From NCBI GenBank assembly GCA_963825135.1, contig CAWGRW010000009.1, positions 2,176,001 through 2,240,000 of the forward strand: a stretch of DNA of 64,000 bases. The letters are read 5' to 3'. Under the pieces are notes generated by a model, which worked only from the letters and a program-made list of their open reading frames with translations, ran no database searches and was not told the origin of the DNA. Both the position numbers and the translations under genes were made by a program. Below are positions 19,700 through 29,542 of the stretch, piece by piece (positions within the stretch are counted from its first letter, which is position 1; the number at the start of each line of letters is the position of its first letter). Origin of the DNA: an uncultured bacterium. GTDB lineage: Bacteria; Desulfobacterota_D; UBA1144; Nemesobacterales; UBA2774.

Positions 19700-20806
19700 T
19701 TATTTTAGTAACTTTTCTATATGCTTCAAGAAATGGTCATATATGCTATTCGACCTAATTTGATTATCATACCGTTTAAATTCTTTATATCCTGATTTAA
19801 GCTTGTATGTATTTCCGCTCATTGCAGGTTCGTTGGGGTCGCCACCCCAAACGGTTATTGCCGCTTTCAGAGTGTTTACCATATCCGAAGGCGGTGGATT
19901 CTGGATTGAAATACTATTGTTCTTAATGATCGTGTTCCTAGTCCCATACCATAGAGCTATCCCTGTATTAACATTCACAAGCTGATTGCCTTCGACTAAT
20001 GTGCCGTCTATATAGTAGCCCGATTTACTGCAATCATCACCATTGAAATTCACCCCCGCCCCCGGAGTGGGGCCGAGATAGTTATCGATGACCCTATTCC
20101 CCTTCATTTGAACGCAATAACCGGAGGCATTACTTAGATAAACGTCATGGCAATGACGGTTCGAATTAATCCCACCCAGCACACAATTCATGCCATTATC
20201 TTCCAGCCTGTTATCTTCAATCAGCACATAACTTGAAGAGGCAACAAAACTCGACCCGTACCAGAAATGGTGAGCCCAGTTGTTTTTCGCAACAACATTG
20301 TTGGAATGGAAGTCGAGGCCAGCGTACCCATTTCTCACTTCAAAACCTGAAAATTCATAATCATCCTGTCCTGGGTTAGTTCTGATAGAACACTCTTGAC
20401 AATATCCAGGTTCAATCACGGGCTTATTATTTGGAGAGGCGATTACGTGAACGCCTTTCTTTCCCATCAACTGAGCGTTGATATTCCACACTCCGTCCCC
20501 GACGCATACATATTGCCCGGCACTCGCAACATTAATCTTTGCCTGTATAGATTCCCCAGCCTTGACCGTATTCGTAGTTGTGCAATGGTTCGGCTTGTTG
20601 TAATCGGGCAAGCCGTCAACCCATCCCTGAATCGAGCCTATTATTTTACCGTCTTTATCGATGACTGGGACATTATAATCCCAATACCTTACTGGAGTAG
20701 GCGTAGGAGGCACAGTCGGGTCAGGGGCAGGGAATTGAACTTCAGCCCACGAATGAATGCCGAGAAGGGAAGACAATAAAAATAAACCAACTATCATCTT
20801 TCTCAT
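19700..20806 (-). CDS. secreted right-handed parallel beta-helix (pectin-lyase-like) protein
   Basis: Signal peptide, Pro/Thr linker, GESIQAKINVASAGQYVCVGDGVW, repeated I.NN/DN turns. Confidence 0.75.
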   Translation of the reverse strand: MRKMIVGLFLLSSLLGIHSWAEVQFPAPDPTVPPTPTPVRYWDYNVPVIDKDGKIIGSIQGWVDGLPDYNKPNHCTTTNTVKAGESIQAKINVASAGQYVCVGDGVWNINAQLMGKKGVHVIASPNNKPVIEPGYCQECSIRTNPGQDDYEFSGFEVRNGYAGLDFHSNNVVAKNNWAHHFWYGSSFVASSSYVLIEDNRLEDNGMNCVLGGINSNRHCHDVYLSNASGYCVQMKGNRVIDNYLGPTPGAGVNFNGDDCSKSGYYIDGTLVEGNQLVNVNTGIALWYGTRNTIIKNNSISIQNPPPSDMVNTLKAAITVWGGDPNEPAMSGNTYKLKSGYKEFKRYDNQIRSNSIYDHFLKHIEKLLK

Positions 20807-21077
20807 AGTTATTGTATTGTTGCAATGCATATCAAAACACTCTTATGTTCACGATATTTCTTGCCGCTTACCGTTCTTAGAACTTAAAAAGCTATCTTAA
20901 CCGTCAGGACTGCACTTGTCAGGACTGTGGGAGGCGAGAACTTCCACATTAACTCACCCATCAGGCCGTTCATGGCCTGGTTGGCTTAAGATCGTAATGT
21001 GCGTCAATTTCGCCTGGGGGCGTGGTTGGAACACTGATTTATCCATTCCAAGAGACTCTATTCATCGAAAACCGACT

Positions 21078-21377
21078 CTAGCTTACGGAATTTGATAAAA
21101 TCGGGGATTTTAAGAACCTTTTACGGGCAGCTTCCCTTTGGGATTCTGACACCTTCCTGGGGGCTGAAATCTTGATCCAGCGTTTCGGGACCCGGAAACA
21201 CTCGTAATCGGCTTGTTTATGGTGCGGCTTCACCCCTATCTTAGTCATACGGTTCTTAATCCGTTTTTGCCGGGTGCTAATCTGAGCAAAAGATTCTTCA
21301 TCGTTAAAGCTGATAACTGTCTCGGTTTCAATCTTTTTCAATTGATTCTCCTTTTTTTTTATTTTCTTTGCTGGCAC
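21078..21377 (-). CDS. basic hypothetical protein of phage/mobile-element type
   Basis: ETETVISFND...VPKRWIKISAPRKVSESQREAARKR. Confidence 0.6.
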   Translation of the reverse strand: MPAKKIKKKENQLKKIETETVISFNDEESFAQISTRQKRIKNRMTKIGVKPHHKQADYECFRVPKRWIKISAPRKVSESQREAARKRFLKSPILSNSVS

Positions 21378-21419
21378 TTGCTAACAAACAGATTGAGACT
21401 GTAAAAAAAGATTATTCTC

Positions 21420-21545
21420 TTAGGGGGACATGTATTCCCCCCCTTAATCCCCTTTCAAACATTAAAGACTTTAAAGGGATTGGAAGATTAAAAGGATTAA
21501 AGAAACAGAAAAAGCCCCAAAGCCTTAAAACCTTGACTACTCTCT
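21420..21545. repeat. putative replication origin (short AT-rich ~9-bp periodic repeats)
   Basis: CCCCCCCTTAATCCCCTTT followed by ATTAAAGAC/TTTAAAGGG/ATTAAAAGG/ATTAAAGAA units directly downstream of rep. Confidence 0.45.
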
Positions 21546-21568
21546 TCTGTATTACGTAACGGTTTGGA

Positions 21569-22836
21569 TCATTCTTTTGGATCATTTATTTGTGCCATCT
21601 CCGAGGCTGGATTTGAAGCGATTAACTTTAATTCCGACTTCTCTTTCTTTAGTGTGATCTCGGTAATCGCGCTTCGACCAACACCGTATGATTTCAGGGT
21701 TAGGCCGGGTATCGAATCTAATGCATGTAGAAACGAGCTATAAGGGATAGCAAGGTCTTTTGCTAATCCCCTTAACGAAGTTACCATGTACCCCCCGGAG
21801 CTCTCCAGTATTCGGCGTATCCTAAGGGCGTAGTGCTTAATCTTGTCTCTCGGGGGTTTAGGTGCTCTTTCTATGGCGGGAGCAGGCTTCGATTGCCATT
21901 CACGGGCCTTTTCCGCTATTCGGCTTAGATGTGTCTTAGAAAGCCTATATCCGTTCCTGTACGCACTTTTTACGCTAGCTTTAACCCTGGACTCATATTC
22001 GGGGGCATAAAGTCCGTCATTCCAGAATAAGAGCCTTGTAAGGGCTTCCTGCTCGCTTAAACCCTGTTCTCGGTAATGAATGGCTAATGTAAGACACGCT
22101 TGATTCCTGACCCCGTCCGGGTCCCGGCTTCGAGTATCGCTATATCTTCTGATTCAGCGTTTTTCCGCTTTACCGGGGGTCGTATGATCTCGGCATCAAT
22201 CAAGGTCTGATGTACGTCGGTAAGGGTGGTTATAGAGCCTGAGTGATAGACTGTTTCGACTAGCGGCTTATCAGGATATTTGTAATTGGGATGACCGGGA
22301 ATCCGTATCAGACCGACAATGTTTCTTGTGGCCGCTTGATCCGCGCCTAGGTCTTCAAAAGCCCTAAAAAGGCCATTGGCACATTTCTTCCAGTATGAAA
22401 TCTTCTCAGGGAAGGCTCGGGCGGGCTTTATTCGGACAATGACGTGAAAGCGGCCCTGGCTGGTCTGTCTTATCTCACTAGGCGGTTCGGGAAACCCGAG
22501 CTGGCCCCATCTCTCCAAAATCTCGTCAGGGGATAAGAGCAAAGGCCCCTTATCGCCGTCTATGTCGATGTAAAGGGCATACAGAGCGTGAAGGTAATCA
22601 TGTCCCCGCTTTCTTTGATAGAAGGAATTGGGGGTTTCTAATTGGTGAGTCTTTCGAAATCGCTCAATATTGGCTAACTGGCATGGGGATTCGGATACGA
22701 AATTGTCCCTTTCGTCCCGCTTGTGGATAAAGTAATATTCCCCCTTGTTATAACCTGATCCCATAGAGTTTGTTTTCGTGCTCACTTTTGATAAATGATT
22801 TTCCACCGGCGTTTGGAGCATTGCCTTTTGATTCAA
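21569..22836 (-). CDS. primase-type replication protein (AEP/RepB-primase + PriCT-1 + C-terminal HTH), one frameshift near 22120
   Basis: YIDID, TSQGRFH, RIPGHPNYK; after the shift GVRNQACLTLA...WND...VKSAY continues in frame into ORF 21569..21787. Confidence 0.8.
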
Positions 22837-23422
22837 TTAACTCGTTTAAAATTCCCCCTAGCGGTTGCAGCCGGGCCTTCGAGATCAGGGTATAAGGGCG
22901 GCGGGACCCGATCGCTTTATGGAGCACATCGGGGTTGTTTTCCTGTTTTACCTCGGCTCGATAGAGATTGTTAATCCAGCTAGCCCGATAATCCTGTCCT
23001 GGTTCCGGCGCGGGGAAAATGTAAAGAATCTTGAGAGCGCCTGGGGGGTTCCAATTCAGGACAAAATCTTTCTGTGATTCGTAAGACGCTGTATTAATGG
23101 AATAATTACTACTTTCGGTCAGTACGGTTTTAACTTCGATCAGGAACGTCCCGCTGTGATCGGGGCGTATTGCAATGAGGTCGGGCATATAGCGAATGAA
23201 CCCGCTAGTTGCATCATTAAGCTGTCGGAGTTCTACTTTAAATTCGGGGGGTAAAAGTTCCTGACCGAAGGGGGCGGTGGTAATGCCGAACCCGTTGAGG
23301 TATTCGGAGAGAGTCTTTTCAAATCTATGTCCGCGTTCAATCCGGGTTTGATAATTTATTCGGTCCGGTGTCGGGGGTATAGTTGAAAATCTGTTTGAAC
23401 GTGATAGAATTTGATTAGCCAT
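22748..23422 (-). CDS. PD-(D/E)XK nuclease-like protein
   Basis: FEKTL...YMPDLIA...FLIEVKT motif order. Confidence 0.65.
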   Translation of the reverse strand: MANQILSRSNRFSTIPPTPDRINYQTRIERGHRFEKTLSEYLNGFGITTAPFGQELLPPEFKVELRQLNDATSGFIRYMPDLIAIRPDHSGTFLIEVKTVLTESSNYSINTASYESQKDFVLNWNPPGALKILYIFPAPEPGQDYRASWINNLYRAEVKQENNPDVLHKAIGSRRPYTLISKARLQPLGGILNELIESKGNAPNAGGKSFIKSEHENKLYGIRL

Positions 23423-23435
23423 TGATTTTCCATCC

Positions 23436-23474
23436 GAGCCGCTCCGCCTACCAGCAAGACGCGGCTCTTTTTTT
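23436..23474 (+). terminator. hairpin with T-tract between 23477..23668 and the nuclease gene
   Basis: GAGCCGC-N18-GCGGCTC-TTTTTTT. Confidence 0.5.
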
Positions 23475-23476
23475 GC

Positions 23477-23668
23477 CTAATTCACGCTTCCCCTTACTCG
23501 ATCGTCGCTAAACTTTTGTTGGATGATAGACTCAAGGTCGGCAATCTCATCTTTCAATGCTGAGAAAAAGTTATTGGCCTCGATTCTTTCTTCAGAACCA
23601 CCGCCAAGTAGGCTTATAGACTCGACACCTTCCGGGGTGAGAATGAGCCCGATTTTCGGTCCTTTCAT
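23477..23668 (-). CDS. small hypothetical protein, first gene of the leftward rep operon
   Basis: AAGGAG RBS, 63 aa. Confidence 0.6.
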   Translation of the reverse strand: MKGPKIGLILTPEGVESISLLGGGSEERIEANNFFSALKDEIADLESIIQQKFSDDRVRGSVN

Positions 23669-23822
23669 ATTCTCTCCTTTGTGCGTTAAATACCTTCTAC
23701 CTACCTATCTACTCACGGAGAGCGTTTTGTCCCAAAACTATTTTTTCAGGTAAAAAATCGTGGAAGCTATTTACGCCGGGGTCTATAAATGACGGGCAAA
23801 GTATGTTAGAATAATCAGTAAA

Positions 23823-24936
23823 ATGTCTGCAAATAATAGAGTATTATCAGCAACTTGGCCTTTATTAGATGATTATCTCGATGGACGGATATCCAGGGCT
23901 GAATATCTTTCAGTCTATATCAATTTTTTCACCACTAATTTCAAAAGGGATTACCCATTTATAGATCAGTGGACTACTGATCAAACAGATTATATATCTA
24001 TGGTTTCGGATATGGCTACCCCCGAAGAATGTTTAGAATATGATGCAATGGGACAGACAGGGATGGAGTTTATAGAGCAAATGGTGGGTTATCCCTTCAC
24101 CAATATAGGCCAACAATCTTATGCGCCCTTCAACTCACAAGTATTAATTCGTTGTGTTAAAAACGGCCAATGGACGGATTTGAAACGATGGACAGATAAT
24201 AACGGTCCGATCATGCCATATTTAGGATATTTTGCTATACACGTCATTGCCCTAGAACGGGCACATATAGATGCAAGGAAGAATAAGACCCTATGGCCAC
24301 TTCTCCTACGGCACGACAATGATCCCCGCAGTTCAGATTTTATTGGACGGTTTAACTTCACATCCGGGAAACAGAATGGTCCTGAACCATATCCACAAGG
24401 TGGAGCGATAGGCGAGTTGTTCAAATACGCTCAGGTGGATTTTCAAGCTCGCAGTAATACACCCGTGGATCAATCAATCGCTGCGGATATTAACTTTCAT
24501 CTCGGATTAGAGATTGCAAAGCATGTTCCAGCAGACCGAAGAGAAGCCATTGTTGCAAGCATGAAAGGTGATGAGAATATGCGGAATTTATCGACAAAGG
24601 CAGTTGATGATAAAATCAAAGAATATAATCGAAGAGAATAAAGAAAAAAGAAAACAAGTCTTAATTCAGAAATATGGGGATGGCAGGAGAAGAAGGATGG
24701 TAAAGAAAGTAGTTGCTTCGATTCGCAAGAGATGTTTGTGTCCGTAAATGAATTGTTGAGGGATACCAAAGGCACAGGTGATGAAGAAATCATAGTTCAG
24801 AAACTTCAAGATGATACTCCATCACTTCGGGATATGGAAAAGAAGGTGGGTATGTCTAAAAAGTAAAATTTCTAACCATCTTAAAAAACTTAAGAGAATT
24901 ATATCTTCTGTAATTCCACTCCAGTTTATAGTATGA
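23823..24936 (+). pseudogene. hypothetical protein with disrupted C-terminal HTH (possible regulator); intact ORF 23823..24641
   Basis: Frame continues after TAA 24639; removing one A near 24860 gives SLRDMEKKVGMSKSKISNHLKKLKRII. Confidence 0.45.
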
Positions 24937-24974
24937 TGAAACTAGTTTCCGTTTTCTAAGGGGTCGGGGACTCA

Positions 24975-25304
24975 ATGAAATACCTTGTTTTTCTGCTCTT
25001 ATTCCTGATAGGTTGTGGCGGGGGGAATTACTACGGGACAACTGCTACTCCGTATAACAGTTATTACACCGATAGTTCAGGTTATCAGCCCGGCGCATAT
25101 GGAAACAATGATCAGGGATTTCAGACGCCACAACAGTATGAATCCAGAAATCGATGGAAATATGTGCCGTCAGTTCAGGAACAAAAACCCGCTCCAGACC
25201 TTTATATAAACACGATGACAGGCTATTCGTATATGCGGCTCGGAGATGATGAAAATAGTTTTTATGTCGATCCCAAGGGGAAATACGCTCATGCAGTTTG
25301 GTGA
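24975..25304 (+). CDS. hypothetical lipoprotein
   Basis: MKYLVFLLLFLIGC lipobox. Confidence 0.7.
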   Translation: MKYLVFLLLFLIGCGGGNYYGTTATPYNSYYTDSSGYQPGAYGNNDQGFQTPQQYESRNRWKYVPSVQEQKPAPDLYINTMTGYSYMRLGDDENSFYVDPKGKYAHAVW

Positions 25305-25413
25305 TTGGAAAATTGACCAAAAGGGAAATACATATATCCCGTTCGGGGACGGATATATTGATTCAAAGGGGACTTACTTGATGCCAATGAACTAAGAGAC
25401 TCACGGTAAGCAA

Positions 25414-25976
25414 ATGCACTTCATATGGTTCCTGATTAGGCTTGCTTTAGCTGATTTAGTTGCTGTTATCGTAATGGCTATCGGGACATTTATCGTTTCT
25501 TTGCCGGTTTTACTCTTGGTAAAAATAGAGTCAAAAATTAATAGCTCGGCCTACAAGGGTCTAAGTTATATCTGTGCAATCCCAATGTTAATATTCATGC
25601 TAGTATCTTGGGGTTTTTGGGCCGCCTATAACGTTGGTATAACATATCTATTCGCAAATTCGAATTTCTGGCATATTCAAATGGGTTTATTGGGCTATAA
25701 ACCTTATAACCTGTTTAACATTTTTGTCATGGTTGGCGTATAAAGAGAAACAAAATATAGCGAGAGAATATTTTGACAAAACATAAAAAGGCAAAAGATC
25801 AATTTGAACAGCTTGACGTGATTGTTGAACCACTCGGGGAAGAACGTACCGTGAATCGGGCAACATTTGGGTGGCAGATATATACAGTAATAATATATGG
25901 CCTTTTCGCTTTATATCCACCTGTGATGATAATTCTTTATGGACCAGTTTTACAGTTTCTAGGGGTTGTTCAATGA
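25414..25976 (+). pseudogene. hypothetical membrane protein, frameshifted
   Basis: Hydrophobic ORFs 25414..25743 and 25773..25976 linked through an intervening frame. Confidence 0.45.
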
Positions 25977-25985
25977 CTTATAAGA

Positions 25986-27041
25986 TTAATCCCTCACCAG
26001 CTTCAGCTTCTTTTCCCCCCAGGGCAGCTTCTTAATCGCTCGGGCTTTATGCTCGTCAGATAAGTGGGCGTATATCATGGTCGTGACTATGCTCTTATGG
26101 CCCATTAATTCCTTTATTGTTGGAAGATCAACACCACTCATTACAAGGTGTGATGCAAAAGTGTGTCTTAGGGTATGGGGAGTTACTTTCTTTAGACCCG
26201 CCCGTTTAACTGCATTATTAAAGCAGGTCTTGAATGATGTAATAGACTTTCCGTCCGGGTTGCAGAATAAGTAAATCTTTTGATCCTGCCTCGGGGAAAC
26301 CTTGTCATGTGGGGATACGTAATTATCCCTTAAAAAAGAGCAGGGTGGCTTTTAATTCGTCATTCATAGACACGGTGTAATAGCCGTTCCCTTTTGTATT
26401 CAGGATGGTGAGCAAGTCGTTTTCATGGGCCGCGTCATCGAGCTTCAATTCCCTTAACTGTTTCGATCGTAGGCCCGCACTCCGTAGAATGGTTAATATG
26501 AGCCGGAGCCATAAGGAAGCGGCGCCCATCAACATATCGAGCTCTGTCCGGGAAAGAAAACGGGGCGGCTTCTCCTGACTCGTGAGTTTTTTGATTTTGG
26601 GAGACGTAGATAATAAGCGCCATTCGATAGCCTTACTGAGCATGTATTGAAGGCATAGGAGCTCAATATTGATTGTACGGTTGCTTACCCCTTCCCCTTG
26701 CCGTTTAGCCTTGTAAAGCTCTATATGCTCGTTATCAATGGAATCAACCATCATTGTAACAAAGTAAGGAGAAAGGACCCGTGTGCTGGTAATATCTCTT
26801 TCCCATGTTCGGTGAGCCTTATTCGCTCTGGAGTAGTTGAGATAGCGGACTATCAGATCATTAAACGGGACGGGCTTAATATCCATAAGGCCCAATTTGT
26901 CCCGTCCGATTTGGATTCAACTTTCTTGATATACTCCCGAGCGTCCTTGTATGGTACCTTTCCAATCCGCTTCCATTTGACCCAACCATTTATGCGAAAC
27001 AAAGCATAATAGACTTCCCCCTTTTTGGTTAAACCAGCCAT
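25986..27041 (-). CDS. int: tyrosine recombinase/integrase (two frameshifts, near 26900 and 26332)
   Basis: Arm-binding-like N-terminus, SNRTIN core-binding region, GLR, then TPHTLRHTFASHL, LMGH, TTMIYAH read by hand on the minus strand. Confidence 0.9.
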
Positions 27042-27066
27042 GACAGTATCCCCCTTTTGCATGGTT

Positions 27067-27240
<174 letters not shown>

Positions 27241-27247
<7 letters not shown>

Positions 27248-27423
27248 CTCCTCCTTCCCGAAGCATAGCGACAGAGTTGCAATTTTCCACCAGCGACCGG
27301 TTCCTCTTAATTTGGTTTCAGTAATGACGGTACGGGGTCTTTTTGCGTTCGTGCCTTCAACCATGAGCGACCAATTCCTCGCTTGCTCGGAATTGTTGAT
27401 CGGAACCGTTCCTCCGGGCGCGC
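27241..27423 (+). repeat. ~180-bp repeat, copy 1 (starts with the tRNA 3' end)
   Basis: 27293..27405 identical to 29090..29202; flanks similar. Confidence 0.9.
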
Positions 27424-27445
27424 ACTCCTTTCCCGAGGCACTGTT

Positions 27446-27629
27446 AAGGAATACCATGGAGGATGGAGGAATATGCCAGGGGCCTCCGGTACGAGAAACC
27501 ATGCCGAGAGCATAGTACCAATTATTAATTCGCGACTTATTAATTCGCGACAGCCTTTCTTCTGCGCACCGCGAAGAACACCCCGACCAATCCTAATCCC
27601 GCCGCCGCCGCGATCATGCCCCATTCGGA
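27446..27629 (-). repeat. IPTL tail plus 3' flank repeat, copy 1
   Basis: Highly similar to 28181..28364. Confidence 0.9.
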
Positions 27630-28037
27630 CAGAGTCGGAATATTCGAAACAGCGCTCACGTTCGTGAACATGCAGGTGACGTCGCCGCCGCCGTCGCATG
27701 TGGCCGTGAAACCGTTCTCCGTAATTTCGAACCCCGTCGCGCCCGTACTCTCGCACTCAACGCCCGAAAGCCTCCATCCCGCTAACGGCAGCTCGGTCAC
27801 AGTGACTCCCGAATTAAAAGTGCCTCCCTCCGAGCCTCCGCCTTCTATACCAACAAGAAAGGGCTCTTTACCGTCCGATGTGACCTCGAATGGAAATAGG
27901 ACACCACTGCCTCCAGGCGCCTCTTTTATGACGACCGCACTACACGCACCCTGCCCAAAGGCTGCTTCCCCGAAACCCGCGAGCATCGTAAGGCCTGTCA
28001 GTACGAAAACTATAGAGAAAACAGAGAGATTGAACAT
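27540..28037 (-). CDS. IPTL-CTERM surface protein
   Basis: Signal peptide, beta-rich domain (VTVTELPLAGW...VTCMFTN), IPTLSEWGMI-TM-RRRK. Confidence 0.9.
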   Translation of the reverse strand: MFNLSVFSIVFVLTGLTMLAGFGEAAFGQGACSAVVIKEAPGGSGVLFPFEVTSDGKEPFLVGIEGGGSEGGTFNSGVTVTELPLAGWRLSGVECESTGATGFEITENGFTATCDGGGDVTCMFTNVSAVSNIPTLSEWGMIAAAAGLGLVGVFFAVRRRKAVAN

Positions 28038-28180
28038 TTTATCATCCTCACTCAATTATGACTTTTAGCCAACATATTATATTTCTATTCCCAAGTCAAT
28101 CGCTTCCCTTCCCCTAACCCGCCGTATTTCTTGAAAAGGAGGTCCGGGTAAATGCGCTTTAGGGACGCCGGCACCGAAAG

Positions 28181-28364
28181 AAGGAATACCATGGAGGATG
28201 GAGGAGTATGCCCGGGGCCTCCGGTACGAGAAACCATGCCGAGAGCATCGTACTGATTATTAATTCACGACTTATTAATTCGCGTAGGCCTTTCTTCTGC
28301 GCACCGCGAAGAACAACCCGACCAATCCTAATCCCGCCGCCGCCGCGATCATGCCCCATTCGGA
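28181..28364 (-). repeat. IPTL tail plus 3' flank repeat, copy 2
   Basis: Highly similar to 27446..27629. Confidence 0.9.
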
Positions 28365-28745
28365 TAAGGTGGGGATGGGATTGATGTTCAATCCGCATGC
28401 TTCGAGCACGCGTGCCCTGCAAAATATAGCTTGTTGCCCAGTAATACGAATCCCAAGCGGGCTATCACCCTCATAGCCGAATGAGCAATTCCCACCTTCT
28501 ATATCCATAAACGTTGCAAAATTCACAGATTCATTAGAAACTATTATGCCTTGGGATATTTCATTGGATTCGAGAACATACTGAGTGCCCGGTCCAAGTT
28601 GACCGCCGGGGCATAGAGCTTCAATTACATCATTGCCCGTGGTCCCGTCTGGCAGTGCCTGCGTATCGCACGGGCAGGTTTGTGAAAAAGCATAATCGGA
28701 TACAAAAAGAACTGCTAATAATATAAACAGGTTATAGATTTTCAT
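28275..28745 (-). CDS. IPTL-CTERM surface protein (CPC-containing passenger)
   Basis: Signal peptide, QTCPCD..., IPTLSEWGMI-TM-RRRK. Confidence 0.9.
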   Translation of the reverse strand: MKIYNLFILLAVLFVSDYAFSQTCPCDTQALPDGTTGNDVIEALCPGGQLGPGTQYVLESNEISQGIIVSNESVNFATFMDIEGGNCSFGYEGDSPLGIRITGQQAIFCRARVLEACGLNINPIPTLSEWGMIAAAAGLGLVGLFFAVRRRKAYAN

Positions 28746-29037
28746 ATCAATCGCTCCTTTAAACAGTTTTATCTGCAATCAATAAATTCTACTGATTGTA
28801 ACACTTTTAGGTTTGCAGTACAATAAATATAGGTATTATCGACGAGGCAAAATTTGCGCCGTCAGAGAAAGGTCGAGTCCGGGATAAGATTGCCGAAGTC
28901 GTAGGTATGTCTGGTTGGAACTTGTACAAGTTGTCACTTCCCCTTGCCGTCGCGCCTGGCAAAGATATTGTTTATGGCTTCCGTATACGGCTCCCGGAGG
29001 GACTTGCCGAGCCGGGCGGCCGGTATCTTCAATTGCA

Positions 29038-29221
29038 GGGCGCGCTCCTCCTTCCCAAAGTACTGTGATGCATGTGCCATAGTCCACCGGCGACCGGTTC
29101 CTCTTAATTTGGTTTCAGTAATGACGGTACGGGGTCTTTTTGCGTTCGTGCCTTCAACCATGAGCGACCAATTCCTCGCTTGCTCGGAATTGTTGATCGG
29201 AATCGTTTCCGGGCGCGCTCC
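29038..29221 (+). repeat. ~180-bp repeat, copy 2
   Basis: Offset 1797 from copy 1; begins GGGCGCGCTCCTCCTTCCC. Confidence 0.9.
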
Positions 29222-29306
29222 GCTGTACTCCCCGGTCGATAACAAGCAGCTACAGCACGGGGTGTTCCCGATTATTCATGCGGAGCGTCCGCGAAAGTAT
29301 GTAAGA

Positions 29307-29323
29307 TGTCGATATATCTGACG
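29307..29323. promoter_or_regulatory. candidate enhancer (bEBP site) TGTC-N9-GACG
   Basis: TGTCGATATATCTGACG, about 170 bp upstream of a sigma-54 promoter. Confidence 0.5.
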
Positions 29324-29494
29324 GGATAGGCGAGGGTAAAAAGAGGAGGCCGCCCCCGCATCCTCCTGAGAGCGTGCGTTAAACGGGGCTGAATAGGGGG
29401 ATTCGGCGGTTATATCCCCTCCGGCCTGCTCTCCGTCGCGTAAATTCGGAATGATGTCCGCATATTCGCCCCGAGGCCCGGCAGCGGGTCCTGA

Positions 29495-29510
29495 TGGCAC
29501 GGGAGTTGCA
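29495..29510 (+). promoter_or_regulatory. sigma-54 -24/-12 promoter
   Basis: TGGCAC-GGGAG-TTGCA, perfect consensus. Confidence 0.8.
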
Positions 29511-29542
29511 CTAATTTATTCTGTCCGCAGAGAGGCCCCCCC

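Noticed and set aside
25986..27041. Host xerC/xerD
   Set aside because: Has an arm-binding-like N-terminus, abuts an att repeat and lies in AT-rich element DNA.
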